Origin: a bacterium
GTDB lineage: Bacteria; Zhuqueibacterota; Zhuqueibacteria; Residuimicrobiales; Krinioviventaceae
NCBI GenBank assembly: GCA_963693055.1
Contig: OY843751.1
Coordinates: 1,920,001 to 1,984,000, forward strand
Length of the DNA stretch: 64,000 nucleotides
Reading direction: 5' to 3'
Shown: in pieces, positions 32,194-46,303 of the stretch
Position numbering within the stretch: position 1 is the first letter of the stretch
How the letters are laid out: every line of letters starts with the position of its first letter
Program-made: the position numbers and the translations under genes
The notes under the pieces: model-generated
The model's database searches: none
What the model was told of the DNA's origin: nothing
The model's input: the letters and a program-made list of their open reading frames with translations, nothing else

Positions 32194-32340
32194 TAATATT
32201 TTTATGCTTGAATTTATAAATGTTCGTTAAGTGTTGTTGATTAGTTAATGAAATTGCTTTTGAATTAATAAATAATAGTTAGAAAATCTTTTGTTTCATT
32301 GTATGTTTTTTGTTCAATCAAAAGAAAAGGGGATTTTAAA

Positions 32341-33210
32341 ATGAAAAAAGTTTTATTGATTGGAAATGATATAAATAATGTTTCTAATACAACATCATGG
32401 GAGAATTTATTAAACAAAATTATAGAATTTAGTGGTAATGATATTGAAATTACACAGGATAAATCAAAACCTTTCCCATTGCTATACGAGGAAATATATT
32501 TGAGAGCAAAACAAAAATCAAACAACATGGATGAATTAAAATTTAAAGAACATATTGCAAATATTGTATCTAATATTGAACCTAATGTAATACATAATGA
32601 ATTACTTAAGCTTGATTGTCAAGATTTCATTACTACTAATTATGATTATGTCCTTCAAAAGTCTTTATTAAAAGGTAAATCAACAAAAAATATACAAAAT
32701 GTTGGTATAATTAAAGAATCAAAATATAGTGTTTTTAGACATAATGTATTGAATGATAAGAATTTTTGGCATATTCATGGTGAAATAAATGTCCCGAATA
32801 GCATTACTTTAGGTTTTGAGCATTATGGTGGTCAACTTCAACAATTTCGTAATTATACAGTAACTGGTACTTCTTATAAAAGTAAAGAAATTGAAACACT
32901 TTATAATCAATTAAAAAATAATTCATTAAAATATCATTCATGGATTGATTACTTTTTTAAAGATGAAATACATATTATTGGTTTAAGGCTTGGTTATGAA
33001 GAAAGTGATTTATGGTGGTTGTTAACTATTAGAGCGAGATATATGTATGAAAAATTTAATGTTGAAAATAGAATTTTTTATTACTGTCCTGAAAATTATA
33101 AAGATAACGGGAAGCATGAAATAATGGAAGCAACAAATATTGAACCTGTTTACCTTGCAGGAGAAGGTTTAGAATTTTATGAAAATTTAATACAAAGGAT
33201 TAATAATTAG
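32341..33210 (+). CDS. SIR2-like (SIR2_2) family protein, candidate anti-phage NADase
   Basis: LLIGNDIN, TTNYD, HIHG and IIGL motifs. Strongly AT-rich relative to neighbours. ATG 32341 follows an aagggg RBS. Confidence 0.78.
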   Translation: MKKVLLIGNDINNVSNTTSWENLLNKIIEFSGNDIEITQDKSKPFPLLYEEIYLRAKQKSNNMDELKFKEHIANIVSNIEPNVIHNELLKLDCQDFITTNYDYVLQKSLLKGKSTKNIQNVGIIKESKYSVFRHNVLNDKNFWHIHGEINVPNSITLGFEHYGGQLQQFRNYTVTGTSYKSKEIETLYNQLKNNSLKYHSWIDYFFKDEIHIIGLRLGYEESDLWWLLTIRARYMYEKFNVENRIFYYCPENYKDNGKHEIMEATNIEPVYLAGEGLEFYENLIQRINN

Positions 33211-33288
33211 ATAATTATTAATCCTTTGTTAATTCTATTAAACACTTAAATGCTATTTCCTATAATTATGAAATGAGTAATATTATTT

Positions 33289-34320
33289 TTAATTAAAAAC
33301 TTTTACAGCGTTCACAAATGCCTTCATTTGTTCTGTCGTAACTCCCGGCGGCATGCCACCTGCGCAGGAAAAAATGACCCTGGATTTGTCCTGAATTCCA
33401 TCCAATAGTTTTTTTGTTTCAGATTCAATGGTTTCCGGATCGGCAGATGCCAGTACATCCCGCGGCGGCAGGTTACCCAGCAGGGTTACTTTATTGTCAG
33501 TCAGTGTTTTAAGCTCTTCCAATGTCACATCTATTCCCATATTATAAAGATTGACGCCCATTTCCGGCAAAAAGGGAGCGGATACTTTGCACGGTGCGTC
33601 ATTGTGCAGGAATTTGACCGATACATCCTGATCGTACAGACGTTTGAAATAGGGAAGGCCAAATGATTTAAATTCGGGCTCACCCATAAACCCGATAATA
33701 TCATCCAATAACAAAATTCCGTCAATATCCGGAAAGGTTTCCCGTTGCAGATGGATCCATTTTTCAAGAAAATCGGTTATCTTTTGGACCAAGAGTTCTG
33801 CCTTGTCCGGCTGCATCATGAGCGTGGTAAGAAATTCTGTTGAACCCATCAAATAACTGGCAATGTTCAGAGGGCCTCTGGCTACCGCAAAACGGATTTT
33901 ATGTCCCGCATGCTCTATAGCCGGTTGTGCCAGTTTCAACCGGTTCAGCATAAAGGGAAGGAGTCCATCCGTTGCAGGATTAGGGACCTGAAGTTTGTCT
34001 ATGTCATCAGCAGATTGAATGACCTTGTGAGCGTGGGGAAATTCGTTTCCCGGGAAAACACATTTTGCCCCAAAAGCAGAGGGTTCGGTGCACATGCCAA
34101 ATTCCGACCAGAATCCCGGCAGGAACATAACATCAGGAAACTGCTGAATAACATGCAGATTTGCCTGCATCCAGAGAGTATCGTTACTGAAATAATCGAG
34201 AATAGAAATATCATACCAGTTTGGCAGCCAGGGACTGTCAATGATAAATCCTACCGGTAGTGGGTATGTTATATTGCCATGTATTGTTTGTAATAGTTCA
34301 TTCCATTGTTTATCGGTCAT
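33289..34320 (-). CDS. URO-D family TIM-barrel protein (HND variant)
   Basis: RGPLNIAS, LLDD, FLHND, LGNLPP and SCAGGMPPG motifs. Confidence 0.85.
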   Translation of the reverse strand: MTDKQWNELLQTIHGNITYPLPVGFIIDSPWLPNWYDISILDYFSNDTLWMQANLHVIQQFPDVMFLPGFWSEFGMCTEPSAFGAKCVFPGNEFPHAHKVIQSADDIDKLQVPNPATDGLLPFMLNRLKLAQPAIEHAGHKIRFAVARGPLNIASYLMGSTEFLTTLMMQPDKAELLVQKITDFLEKWIHLQRETFPDIDGILLLDDIIGFMGEPEFKSFGLPYFKRLYDQDVSVKFLHNDAPCKVSAPFLPEMGVNLYNMGIDVTLEELKTLTDNKVTLLGNLPPRDVLASADPETIESETKKLLDGIQDKSRVIFSCAGGMPPGVTTEQMKAFVNAVKVFN

Positions 34321-34480
34321 TTTTCCCTCAATTTATTCTGTTTCAAAATTTTTATAATATCCGTAAATCTAACCAATTAATCAATCTTAAATTCAATGCT
34401 AACTGGAATTGTTGGATTCTTGATTGCATTTTTGACGATTTTTTGTAAATTATGAAAAATGCAAAATCTCCGGAGGAAAC

Positions 34481-36730
34481 ATGCGTTTTATAAAAAATTT
34501 GTTTTTAACAGTTTTATTTATTTTTTCTCTGGTTTCAGCACAATCCATGCTGAATAATTACAAGGATGCTCCAGAAACTTTGCCATATGTTCAATATCAT
34601 CTTACCGCCAGGCCCTGGAATGCGTTGAATATATCTACAGATGCCTATTTGGATGCTGTAGAAAAGATATGCAGGGTAGCGCAAACCTTTCAAAATAACG
34701 AGGGTGCTATTATTGACCCTTATCTGCATCGGGAACACCAGTATTCAACTCCTTATTATGCCATTGCGCTCAGTGTGCTCTTACACGAAGGTAGGGCAAT
34801 AGATATGAAAGAATCGGCCATCAAGGCAATGGACCATGCTACAAAGAGTTTTTCTCAAGGAGCGGATGGTATTCCTGATCGCCATGGCGAATTCTACATC
34901 GCCGCACTGGCAACCGCATTAGAAGCATTTAAGGGACATGTGCCGGATGAGAAATATAATATCTGGCATGATCACCTGCAAACTCCATTACTTGAGGTTA
35001 TTGAAGGTTATGGCTCTCACCTGAATAACTGGCGAACCTATGCCATGAAGGGGGAGTGGATGCGGGCCAAGGCAGGGTTAGCACCCAAAAAACAAATGTA
35101 TGATTTTATAGAGTATTCCTGGAACCATCAGTCCCAGTTTGAAAAGATTGTAATGGACAAGTGGAATCTGTACCAGGACTGGAGCAGTGATCCGCAATCT
35201 CTTGCAGTTGAAGCTGTAGGGCGCGGCAATCTGGTTGGATTGTTATGTAGCGGATATGATGGCGCATCTGCAAAAGAAATGATGGATGCCATCAAGCGCG
35301 GTACCCAAACAAGTCTGCTATTGATGAGCCCGGATGGGCAATGTCCCCCAAATGGTCGAACGGACGATCATGTGTTCAATGATGTTCTCTATCAACTCAT
35401 TTATGAAGCAATGGCTGAAACAGCCTTAAAAGATGGTGATACCCGATTGGCTGGTCAATACCGACGTGCCGCCATGATGTGTTTTGACAGCATCAAGCGC
35501 TGGAAACGCAGTGATGGCAAGTGGGCAGGTTCTTATACTATTACCAAAAACCATTTTGATGTAGCTGACCGTGTTGGATATCAACCTGCAAGCCAGTGGG
35601 GAAATTATAATGGTGCGTTAATTTTTCATCTGGCAGAAGCTGCTCATGCTCGTCAAAGTGATGTTGATGAAATGGCGACACCCTCCGAGATTGGTGGATA
35701 TGCGATTACCACGGATCCCCGTTTTGCCACATTCACTGCAAATGCAGGGGGTATGCAGGTTTTTATCAATACCCGTGGAAATGACGTTCCCAAGTATGAT
35801 ATCTATTGGGCACCCCTTGGTGGTGTACGGTTCAGCAGAGTTGGCTGGGACAGCCGTTTAGGTCCCTCTGACGGCATATTTCAAGTCTTTGGAAAAAAAG
35901 ACGGATCGCGGATCCCTACAGATATGAGCGCCATTCCCGGTGGCGCGGGCCAAGGTGTAACTTTTGGTCCGGCCTGGTTTACCAAAGGCAAGTGGTTTAC
36001 GGCAGCTGATCTACCGCAGCATTATCGGGCAACACCGGTAGTCGAGTTTGTTCATCCTCTTCTCGTCAGATTTACTTTGACATACAGCACAATAACCGGT
36101 CATGACGCGCTCATGTTCAGACAGCATTTTACAGTGACACCGGATGGTGTTCTGGTTAAAATACACGCTGTTCAGGATATCCCCAATGCCATGATGATCC
36201 CTGTTATTGAAAATGATGGTCGTCCTTTGGATGTACAAATCACACCGGAGATTATCAGTACCGCATATGACCGAAATGGTGATGAACAGAATTTTATAAA
36301 CCTTTCCAAATCTGTGGAATTGGATACCTCACGTGTTTCCTTACAAAGCACCTATGGCTGGTTAAAACCGGTAATAACCCTGACCCAAAAAGAAGAAAAT
36401 ATTTTGTTTGTGTATCCGCGCTCAGCAACTGATCCTGACGCTGTTAAAGTAAGAAACAGCTTTTCAGTTACAGACGATGGTTTCGAGTCAGAGCTTGGCA
36501 GAGTGGATGGTGACCTCTATATTGGACGCACTTCTGCCGGTGGTGTAGGTGATGCAATCGATTTGGATGATGATGGGAATAGTGATGTGAAATTCAGCGA
36601 ATCATGTGGTTTCGTTTTACAATTATCTAATGGTAAAGTCATTGGCGTTGAAACAGATAAATCGGTATCCATGCAGTATTCCGGTACCCGTTATGATCTC
36701 AAAGTTTTTGCGCCTTTGATATTGAACTGA
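34481..36730 (+). CDS. Secreted hypothetical protein, probable alpha/alpha-toroid carbohydrate-active protein
   Basis: 749-aa ORF with ggagg RBS and signal peptide. NNW and GRTDDH motifs. CAZyme context. No family recognised. Confidence 0.6.
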   Translation: MRFIKNLFLTVLFIFSLVSAQSMLNNYKDAPETLPYVQYHLTARPWNALNISTDAYLDAVEKICRVAQTFQNNEGAIIDPYLHREHQYSTPYYAIALSVLLHEGRAIDMKESAIKAMDHATKSFSQGADGIPDRHGEFYIAALATALEAFKGHVPDEKYNIWHDHLQTPLLEVIEGYGSHLNNWRTYAMKGEWMRAKAGLAPKKQMYDFIEYSWNHQSQFEKIVMDKWNLYQDWSSDPQSLAVEAVGRGNLVGLLCSGYDGASAKEMMDAIKRGTQTSLLLMSPDGQCPPNGRTDDHVFNDVLYQLIYEAMAETALKDGDTRLAGQYRRAAMMCFDSIKRWKRSDGKWAGSYTITKNHFDVADRVGYQPASQWGNYNGALIFHLAEAAHARQSDVDEMATPSEIGGYAITTDPRFATFTANAGGMQVFINTRGNDVPKYDIYWAPLGGVRFSRVGWDSRLGPSDGIFQVFGKKDGSRIPTDMSAIPGGAGQGVTFGPAWFTKGKWFTAADLPQHYRATPVVEFVHPLLVRFTLTYSTITGHDALMFRQHFTVTPDGVLVKIHAVQDIPNAMMIPVIENDGRPLDVQITPEIISTAYDRNGDEQNFINLSKSVELDTSRVSLQSTYGWLKPVITLTQKEENILFVYPRSATDPDAVKVRNSFSVTDDGFESELGRVDGDLYIGRTSAGGVGDAIDLDDDGNSDVKFSESCGFVLQLSNGKVIGVETDKSVSMQYSGTRYDLKVFAPLILN

Positions 36731-36744
36731 TATCCTATCATTAA

Positions 36745-38175
36745 CAGGACACCCCCGAAAAATCACAAATCATATTACTGTAAGTAATAAAAAATAATGG
36801 AGATAGAAGCAAAAAAAGCTTGTAAAAATAAAAAAAGGTTGCCTCATTATAGTTGACAGACCATAATATAGGAGGCAACCCATGGACATCACAAAACGAG
36901 TCCAAGTAAAACTTAATCAAGTGACAGCGAAATATCAAGCAGAATTCAACCGACCGGACTATAAATTTATCAGAGACATGCATTATGGGATACTTTGCTC
37001 CGGGCATGTACATTTAAATAAAATCGCATCAACCCTAAAGGAAGAGACGAGCCTAAAAAAGACAACAGAACGAATGTCTAGCCACTTGGGCCGCCCAGGA
37101 TTTGACAGAGAATTAACCATTAGTCATCTGAAAATAAACAAAAGAAGGTTTTCGGATTCGAAATACTTGATAGCAGATATGAGTGATATAATCAAGCCTT
37201 ATGCGGAAAAGATGGAAGGGCTTGATCGTGTTTATGATGGTAGTACCAAAGAACTAGGGAATGGATACTGGCAACTGAATATCATTGGAGTTGATAAAAC
37301 CGGTACATCCATCATGCCGCTGGTGAGTACGCTTTGGGCGACGGATCAGGAAGAAGGCAAAGGTATTTCAGAGAACAAGAAAATCCTCGAATCCGTGGAC
37401 ACGATTCGAGAACATATTCATGGAGAACAGATAGTTGTTTATGATCGCGGAGGTGATCGTAGCAAACTGATGAACAAATGGATTAAGCAAAAACAACACT
37501 TTATAATACGGCAAACCGGGTACCGGGATATATTTGTTCAAGGAGTAAAGAAGAATTTAAAGAAATATGCCGAAAAAATCCGTCCCAGTACTGAAATTAC
37601 CGTGCAGAAAAAACGCCGGAACAGGCTGATAAAGCGATGTTTTCAATGCGGTGCCCGTAAGGTATATCTGCCAAAGCAGTATGGGGATGGCCCAATGAAC
37701 ACCGGATTATGGCTGATTTCAGTCACTGAACCTGGCAAAGGCAAAAGCTGGTTTTTAAGCTTTATACCGGCAGAGACTGAACGTGAGGCCATAGAGATTA
37801 CCATGGAAGGCTATGGTTACCGGTGGAAAATTGAAGAGGTACATCGTCAAATAAAAAATGATTATCATCTTGAAGACATTTGCCTTAAAAGGTATGTTGC
37901 GCTAAAAAATTTTAATGCCCTGTTTTGGAATGTCATGAGTTTTATCTATTGTCATTTGGATAATATTTGTTTACATATTTTAGATCAATCTCAAGCTCCG
38001 TTGGTGTATAGAAGGAAATTAAACGAGTTTATTGGGTTTGTTTATTATAAACTGGCAAAGGCATTAAGGATCATTTTACCCAATATAAAGCTCAGAAAAT
38101 TAAAGTGTAATAATCATGCCGGTGACAAAAATCAATTATTTTTGGCCCTCGAATAAAAAAATCGGGGGTACCCTG
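36745..38175 (+). mobile_element. IS4-family insertion sequence
   Basis: TIRs caggacacccccga / tcgggggtaccctg (12/14 match). Exact 11-bp target duplication cctatcattaa at 36734-36744 and 38176-38186. Confidence 0.92.
36882..38156 (+). CDS. IS4-family DDE transposase
   Basis: IADMSDI (D1), YDRGGD (D2) and YGYRWKIEEVHRQIK (YREK-type E) motifs. Confidence 0.93.
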   Translation: MDITKRVQVKLNQVTAKYQAEFNRPDYKFIRDMHYGILCSGHVHLNKIASTLKEETSLKKTTERMSSHLGRPGFDRELTISHLKINKRRFSDSKYLIADMSDIIKPYAEKMEGLDRVYDGSTKELGNGYWQLNIIGVDKTGTSIMPLVSTLWATDQEEGKGISENKKILESVDTIREHIHGEQIVVYDRGGDRSKLMNKWIKQKQHFIIRQTGYRDIFVQGVKKNLKKYAEKIRPSTEITVQKKRRNRLIKRCFQCGARKVYLPKQYGDGPMNTGLWLISVTEPGKGKSWFLSFIPAETEREAIEITMEGYGYRWKIEEVHRQIKNDYHLEDICLKRYVALKNFNALFWNVMSFIYCHLDNICLHILDQSQAPLVYRRKLNEFIGFVYYKLAKALRIILPNIKLRKLKCNNHAGDKNQLFLALE

Positions 38176-38189
38176 CCTATCATTAACTG

Positions 38190-38218
38190 TTGCATTTGAA
38201 AATTTATATCCTTATATT
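38190..38218 (+). promoter_or_regulatory. Sigma70-like promoter of tRNA-Arg
   Basis: TTGCAT-17 bp-TATATT ending 12 bp before the tRNA. Confidence 0.6.
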
Positions 38219-38230
38219 TTCAGTTGCTAT

Positions 38231-38304
38231 GCGCCAGTAGCTCAATAGGATAGAGCGTTAGCCTCCGGAGCTAAAGGTTGTGGGTTCGATTCCCGCCTGG
38301 CGTA
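38231..38304 (+). tRNA. tRNA-Arg(CCG)
   Basis: Acceptor gcgccag/ctggcgt, D-arm gctc..gagc, anticodon arm ttagc-ctCCGga-gctaa, T-loop ttcgatt. CCA is not encoded. Confidence 0.96.
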
Positions 38305-38305
38305 C

Positions 38306-38339
38306 AAAAGGTCCCTGTATTATTCAGGGACCTTTTTTT
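38306..38339 (+). terminator. Rho-independent terminator of tRNA
   Basis: aaaaggtccctg / cagggacctttttt. Confidence 0.85.
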
Positions 38340-38460
38340 GTAGATATCAAAAATAATGTTGTTACATAATTATTTTAAATATACCTTTTTTATACGCAGC
38401 AAAAAAAACTTGAATTGAATTTTGGTATTGAGAAATTGAATTAGGATCCTGCTAAAAAGA

Positions 38461-38488
38461 AAATCCCAATCTAAATAGATTGGGATTT
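38461..38488 (-). terminator. Terminator of 38517-39071 gene
   Basis: 13-bp IR aaatcccaatcta / tagattgggattt. An upstream A-run provides the minus-strand U-tract. Confidence 0.65.
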
Positions 38489-38516
38489 CAAATTTAATGG
38501 CTTTTGTTGGGACTAT

Positions 38517-39071
38517 TTATTTAGTCGCAAAAGAATCGTGGAATAATTTATCAATTGCTTTTTTGCCATCATCATCCAGGTTGCGGGTTCCTGTTACTGC
38601 AATGGTTTTGTGGCAGATTTTGGGTTCATCAGTTATCCATTCGTTATTTTCCCAGGTAATCCATTCTCTGCGTTCAAGATCATAAACATGAATTGGACGA
38701 TTGAAAAGTTTTGCCAACTCTACACCCCAACCCGTACCACCACGAATTGTATTGTTTGATAGCAACCAGCCTACTGCAAACAGTTGATATCCATTGTTGA
38801 TTACATGAAAGATGGTCTGAAAAATTTTTTTCATTGTATCTGTTTGTGCAAAAGTACGTTCCATATGTTTATTCACGATAGCAAGACTAATATTACCGAG
38901 TGAAAGTTCTTCATCAGAAAGTATTTTCAATCCGCGTTCACGTACAATTTCATGATCTTTGAAATTAAACGTTACTTCATTCATTTTCCATTTCTCAGAA
39001 CAAATACCAAAATACTCTTCTGTTCCTTTATGACCAGAAGTGTAAACGGTACATTCAGTAGCTTTAAACAT
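38517..39071 (-). CDS. Conserved hypothetical protein, SLOG-superfamily-like
   Basis: SGHKGTE, GGTGWGVE and TGTR motifs. aggag RBS. Confidence 0.6.
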   Translation of the reverse strand: MFKATECTVYTSGHKGTEEYFGICSEKWKMNEVTFNFKDHEIVRERGLKILSDEELSLGNISLAIVNKHMERTFAQTDTMKKIFQTIFHVINNGYQLFAVGWLLSNNTIRGGTGWGVELAKLFNRPIHVYDLERREWITWENNEWITDEPKICHKTIAVTGTRNLDDDGKKAIDKLFHDSFATK

Positions 39072-39412
39072 AGATGCTCCTATTATATTAAATATTCAAG
39101 TAATGTAATATTTCCATCAATAAATTTGGTAATACCAGCAACAATTTAACAATGAATAATATTTATAGTTTGTGGAAATTTATCATATTTGTAAGACAAA
39201 TTCAATTATAAAGATAGAAATTTATAAAAAATTTCCGGTCTTTGTCTATAATTCTATTAAATCGTTTCAAGATATTGATTCTCTTGTTTGGATTTACTAT
39301 TTTAAATTGGTTGTTAATTTTGTGTTCAACATGCCATTAATAAATGCTCCCTGAAAAAACCGACGGATTACTGTTAGTTGCAATATACCGTTTTTTCCAA
39401 CCGGAAAAGTTT

Positions 39413-40531
39413 ATGATAAGATTATTGTGTATACCCGTTTTGATACTTTTTCTTTTTTATAACAATCCGCCCAAAGACCTGCCTCAAACAGTCACAGAAT
39501 CCCGGATGCAGGAATTCTATGAGCTGGTTAAAACACCGTATAAATATGGACTGATCCTGGTTCCGGACAGTATTGCCAATAAAATGGATTGTCCTACCGT
39601 ATTCAAACATGATGATCATTGGGGTATGACCTATATTGTTTTTGATTGTCGCGGTTATGAAACGTACCTTGCGCAAAGCGAGAATTTGATCCAGTGGGAG
39701 CTGCTGGGACCCATAATGCAGTTTTCTGACACAACCGACTGGGATGTGAACCAGAAAGCAGGTTATCCTGCACTCATCGATTATGAATGGGGCGGCAATT
39801 ATACGATTAACAATTTTGACAACAAATACTGGATGAGCTATTTTGGAGGAGATTCCAGAGGTTATGAAAGAGGATTGCTCTCTATTGGCATGGCATATAC
39901 GGAAAAGAACCCTGCACAACGGCATCAATGGAACAGGCTCAATAATCCGGTATTAATGTCAACCGATTCCGATGCGCGGTGGTGTAATAATTATACCATG
40001 TACAAAAGCTCGGTTATTGAGGACAATGAGCGCCTGACCGGACACCGGTTCGTCATGTATTACAGTGCTAAAGGTGACAGTCTGAATACTCAAAGTGGAG
40101 CTGAACGTATCAGCATGGCAGTTTCTGATGATATGGTCAATTGGAAAAGATTTGGGACTGAACCGTTGATTAATCACCATAAAGAGATTTGTGGGGATGT
40201 CGTGATTCAGAAAATTGATGCTCTGTATGTCATGTTTTATTTCGGAGCGTTCTGGCCAGATCACCAAGTCAAAGCTTTTAACCGGTTTGCCTGTTCGTAC
40301 GATCTTGTGCACTGGACCGAATGGAAAGGTCCACACTTCATTGAACCTTCTGAAAAGTTTGATAATCTTTTTGCTCATAAATCCTGTGTGATCAAGACTA
40401 TTGGTATTTTTTATCATTTTTACAACGCAGTTAATACACTCGGTAACCGGGGCATTGCGTTGGCAATGTCAACAGATTTAGGCAAGAGTAACCTGTCATT
40501 TAATTCTCGAGTAGAATCATATATAAAATAA
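39413..40531 (+). CDS. GH137 beta-L-arabinofuranosidase-like five-bladed propeller
   Basis: KTPYKYG, DCPTVF, RGYET, WGGNY and YKSSV motifs, recalled as matching the N-terminal module of BT0996. ATG 39413 gives a signal peptide. Confidence 0.7.
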   Translation: MIRLLCIPVLILFLFYNNPPKDLPQTVTESRMQEFYELVKTPYKYGLILVPDSIANKMDCPTVFKHDDHWGMTYIVFDCRGYETYLAQSENLIQWELLGPIMQFSDTTDWDVNQKAGYPALIDYEWGGNYTINNFDNKYWMSYFGGDSRGYERGLLSIGMAYTEKNPAQRHQWNRLNNPVLMSTDSDARWCNNYTMYKSSVIEDNERLTGHRFVMYYSAKGDSLNTQSGAERISMAVSDDMVNWKRFGTEPLINHHKEICGDVVIQKIDALYVMFYFGAFWPDHQVKAFNRFACSYDLVHWTEWKGPHFIEPSEKFDNLFAHKSCVIKTIGIFYHFYNAVNTLGNRGIALAMSTDLGKSNLSFNSRVESYIK

Positions 40532-40558
40532 CGAGTTGTAATTAAGAGATGAATCACT

Positions 40559-46296
<5,738 letters not shown>

Positions 46297-46303
46297 CTAC
46301 GAG

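Noticed and set aside
32034-32219. 61-aa ORF
   Set aside because: It spans the hairpin and the antisense strand of the duplicated URO-D tail, so it is not a credible gene.
38231-38304. tRNA-Arg as the att site of a genomic island
   Set aside because: No integrase and no duplicated tRNA 3' end was noticed in the window.
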